Positions 60,746-64,000 of a DNA stretch of 64,000 nt are shown in pieces. A program made the position numbers and the translations under genes. Below the pieces are notes generated by a model, which searched no databases, was not told the origin of the DNA, and was given only the letters and a program-made list of their open reading frames with translations. The number at the start of each line of letters is the position of its first letter. The first letter of the stretch is position 1. Source of the DNA: Felis catus (lineage: Eukaryota); NCBI RefSeq assembly GCF_018350175.1, contig NC_058369.1, positions 5,396,001 through 5,460,000 of the forward strand. The letters run 5' to 3'.

Positions 60746-63439
60746 CTGCCCTGCCTCGCGGAGTTTGAGCAAATATTCACTCCAGACACGGAAGGAATCC
60801 CAGGGAAATACGGCATGGCCATGACGTGCCCTGAAACTCTCTTCCTCACCTCTCCCACTGCCTGACTCCTACTCATCCCTCCCATCTGCCATTAAACGTG
60901 GCTTCCCCCACCGCAGGGCGTCCTCCCTGACCCCCTAAGTGGGAGAGATGGGGGGGATGTCAATTTCACCTGACCTGGGGGAAGCGAGATTCATCTCAAT
61001 ATTTAAGGGGACACCAACTCCACAGCTGGGAAAACATCTAGCGGAGGGGCTAGAGATGGGGGCTCCGGCCCCTGGGAAAGGGGTCCCCCCACCCTCAGCG
61101 CAACGATCCCAGGGCCACCCTGCCTTCCCTCTGAATGGCTTATCTTGGTGGTTCTTTTCTGGTTCTACCACCCACCAGAAGCTGAGCAACCCTTGAGCAA
61201 GTTACTCAGCCTTTCTGTGCCTCAGTTTTCAAATTTGGGACATGGGGATGATAACGGTGCCTACCTCACTGGGCTGATGTGAACTTAAAACAGGCCTCAA
61301 AGCAAGCGCTCCAGCATCGTGTCACAGCCTCATTTCCGATGTCCCCAGTCCCCCGCACAGCGTCCGGATTCCGGCAGGCCCTCCTGTGGCAGCGCTGAGT
61401 ACTGCACCCTTCCCGGCGCACTACAGCGCTCTGCATTCTAAAGGTTCTAAGTCAGAAAAAAAAAAAAAAAAATTTTTTTTTTGAGTCAGTCCAAGCTGGT
61501 TTAAGTCAAAAGAGAATGTGCTTGGCCCCAGCAGCCTTTGCACTTGCTGTGTTTCCCTCCTAGGACGCCTTCAACCCCCTGAGCCTCCTTCTTAACATCC
61601 AAACCGCAAATGTCCATGCCACCTGCACCAGGAGCCTTTGGCTGGCTCCCTGTTTATTCTGATCCTGAGCAGTGCCTGAGTGCCAGACCCTGTTCTAGGC
61701 ACTGGGGACACTGCTGTGGGCCACACAGACGAAATGCTCTTCCAGAAATGCTCTTGACCAGAGCTGACATTCTGGTCAAGGAGAGAGAACCAATGACAAT
61801 GTGTATTCCACAATGTCAGGCAGTGACTCTGGAGTAAACTAAACCAGGGAAGGGGAGAGAAGGCGTGGATGTAATCTTGAAGTGGGGGGGTGGGGGTGGG
61901 GGAGGAGCTGGCCTCACTAGCGTGGGGCGGGGGGGGGGGGTGACATTTGAGCCGAAACTTCAAGAACAAGGTGGAGTGGCCACGGCACTATCAGGCAGAA
62001 GAGGCAGGATGGTGACCTCAGTGAGGGTGCCATGTTGTTGTTCCTGACCGTGTGTCCCCAGTACCTGGGCCACCACCCGGCACAACATGGTGCTCAATGA
62101 GTGCTCAAAAGTCTGTCCCCCAGGATTCCCTGCAAAAGCCGGGGCAAGCCCATCCCCCAATCAATCCTTGAGACCAGGACATTGGGGGATGTGGGAGTGG
62201 CTTAGGGCCCAGTCACATGCCCTATCCAGACCCCACCCAGAGGGGAGAGGGAGAGACCCCAAGGGACATCTGGGGCTGCAGCTTGGTAGGGAGGAGGAAC
62301 TGAGGCAAAAGAACCAGTTTCACCGAATCATTAGAAGAGGTTTATAGCTAGTAAGTGGCAGAGCCTGGGAGCTCCTGACTCAAAGCAGCCCTGAAATTCC
62401 CAGTGCTGTCTGGTGGCCACCCAGTCCAGACTGGGGACTGTGGCTCGGTGGCTGCAGCCCGCGGGGCTGAAGGTGAGAGCTTTGCAGCATCAGGGCAAAG
62501 TGAGGAGGGCAAGGCGGCCACGTCTCTGATGGACAAAGAGGGAAATGGAAGGCAGCTCAGGGTGGGCTCCGGGGGGGGGGGTCCTCCGGTAGTGCAGGGG
62601 ACTGAAGACCGAGACCCAAGCTGGCTTACTGGGACTGGTTCCTCGGCTGGGGGAGTGGGTAGCCAACCCAAGGGTGGCCTGTCCCTCTGGTCTGGCCAGG
62701 GGTGAGAATGGGGCAGAGGTGGAGCCAGCGGAGATCTCCAATCTCATAGGAGCTCCAGGAAGAGTCTGGTATTTATGGAGTACCTGCTGTATGCAGGAGC
62801 CCTGACCTCACATCCCAAATTCAGGACAAAAGAAACAAATGTTCGCTGTTGAATGAATCCCTCTCCCAGCCGCCTGTAAGGTTGCCATTAGCCACCCGGT
62901 GGGGATCAGGAAACCAAGACTCAGAGAGGGCCAAGGGCAAGGCAAGGCCAGGCCAGGCCAGGCCAGGGTCTGCCTAGTTCCCTGGGGTCAGGCCTGGAAA
63001 ATGCCTTGGAACTGAGAGGTTGGGGGTCACTGCCCTGCCCCCCCCCCCCCGCAGCACTAACCCCTGGCCAGGCACCCAAAGGCCTCTGGGGCAACCGGCC
63101 ACACCTCGGTGTGCATTTTCACTCCTGCCCTGACTGTGCAGGTCAGCCCCATTCATGTGCTAGCTCCACATCGATGGAGAACTCACCCAGGGGTGAAAGC
63201 AACTCACTGGGGCCCTGCTCCCATCAAACTTTCACCCTCCCCATCTCTGACCTCAGTTTTTTCTTCTGCGAAATGGAACCAGCCAGGCCCAGGGCAGGTC
63301 AAGCCCCCAGAGGGGAGCTCCAGGAGGGCAGGGGCGGGCTGACATTTATCCAGCCGCCCCGGGCACCGTGCCTGGCACACGGGTGGTGCCCAATAAATGC
63401 TTGTTTGAGCAGGACTAGCCCTCAATAAATAACAGCTGT

Positions 63440-64000
63440 TGTCGATGCTGGCGGTGCCGGCGACGGAGTGGGCTCTCCCCTCCCCCACCCCTCCACCCGG
63501 CTCCCCCCTCCCCTCGGCTCCCCACGCCTTCCCCCGTACCCCCCACGCGACGGTGCCTCCTCCTCCATCCCCCACCTCCTCCCGCCTCTTTCCATTCAAT
63601 CTCCCCTCCCCCCACCCCTCCTCCTCTCTCTCCTTTTCCCCTTACCCCTACCCAATTCTTCCTCCCTCCCCTCCCCCACCCCGCCTCTCTCCCCTCCCCC
63701 ACCTGCCACCTTACTCTCCCCGCCCCCACCGCAGCCCCTCTCCCCGCCCGCCGTTTCCCACCCCGGCCTCCCCCCCCTCCAGCCCCCAAGGCGGGGCCGG
63801 TCCGGGCGGGGCCGCCCGAGCTCCCGGGTCCCTGGCTCGGGTCCAGCCCGCGGCCCAGGCCGGGCGGCGGCGGCGGCGGGCGGGGTTCTGGCCTCGCGCG
63901 GTTTGGGGGTTTTTTATAACCCTGGCAGGCGGCTCAGGAAGTGCCTTCCCCGCGCCCCCTCCCCCGGCCACGCCGCCGCGCTCGCTCCCTCCCTTCCTGC
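63440..64000 (+). promoter_or_regulatory. CpG island; probable promoter of the next gene (ADAMTS10 by synteny)
   Basis: Very high CpG, multiple GGGCGG boxes, (GGC)n, ETS-like CAGGAAGT at ~63935, C-rich tract 63476-63790. Gene identity is inferred only from remembered gene order; no ADAMTS10 coding sequence is in the window. Confidence 0.65.

Noticed and set aside
1..64000. CRISPR arrays, operons, rRNA/tRNA genes or a novel multi-gene system
   Set aside because: Mammalian DNA; no repeat-spacer array, structural RNA gene or additional credible CDS was seen.

Overview
Mammalian genomic DNA, almost certainly felid: there are dozens of tRNA-derived Can-SINEs, many of the feline SINEC_Fc type. It is GC-rich and repeat-dense, and most ORFs in the track are artefacts of SINEs, simple repeats or GC content. 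Two coding sequences are supported. Bases 1-36 (+) are the last 11 codons and stop of an actin-like gene (QGPHIVYRKCY*, ACTL9). Bases 18964-19827 (-) are a single-exon 287-aa NFIL3/E4BP4 paralogue (NFILZ) with an intact PAR-type bZIP and a C-terminal LPHKLRIK motif. NFILZ has a convincing 97-nt non-coding exon at 20190-20286 carrying a 12-bp hairpin, and a candidate CpG-island first exon near 50.5 kb. The window ends in a CpG island that, from remembered mammalian synteny (ACTL9-NFILZ-ADAMTS10), is probably the ADAMTS10 promoter. The rest is SINE, L1, L2/MIR, LTR and DNA-transposon fossils plus microsatellites. I found no new multi-gene system. The most interesting items are the poorly characterised NFILZ and its candidate regulation (E-boxes, a D-box, CTCF sites), two odd tandem-SINE structures and several perfect inverted repeats. 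Repeat family names and boundaries are by eye and approximate.
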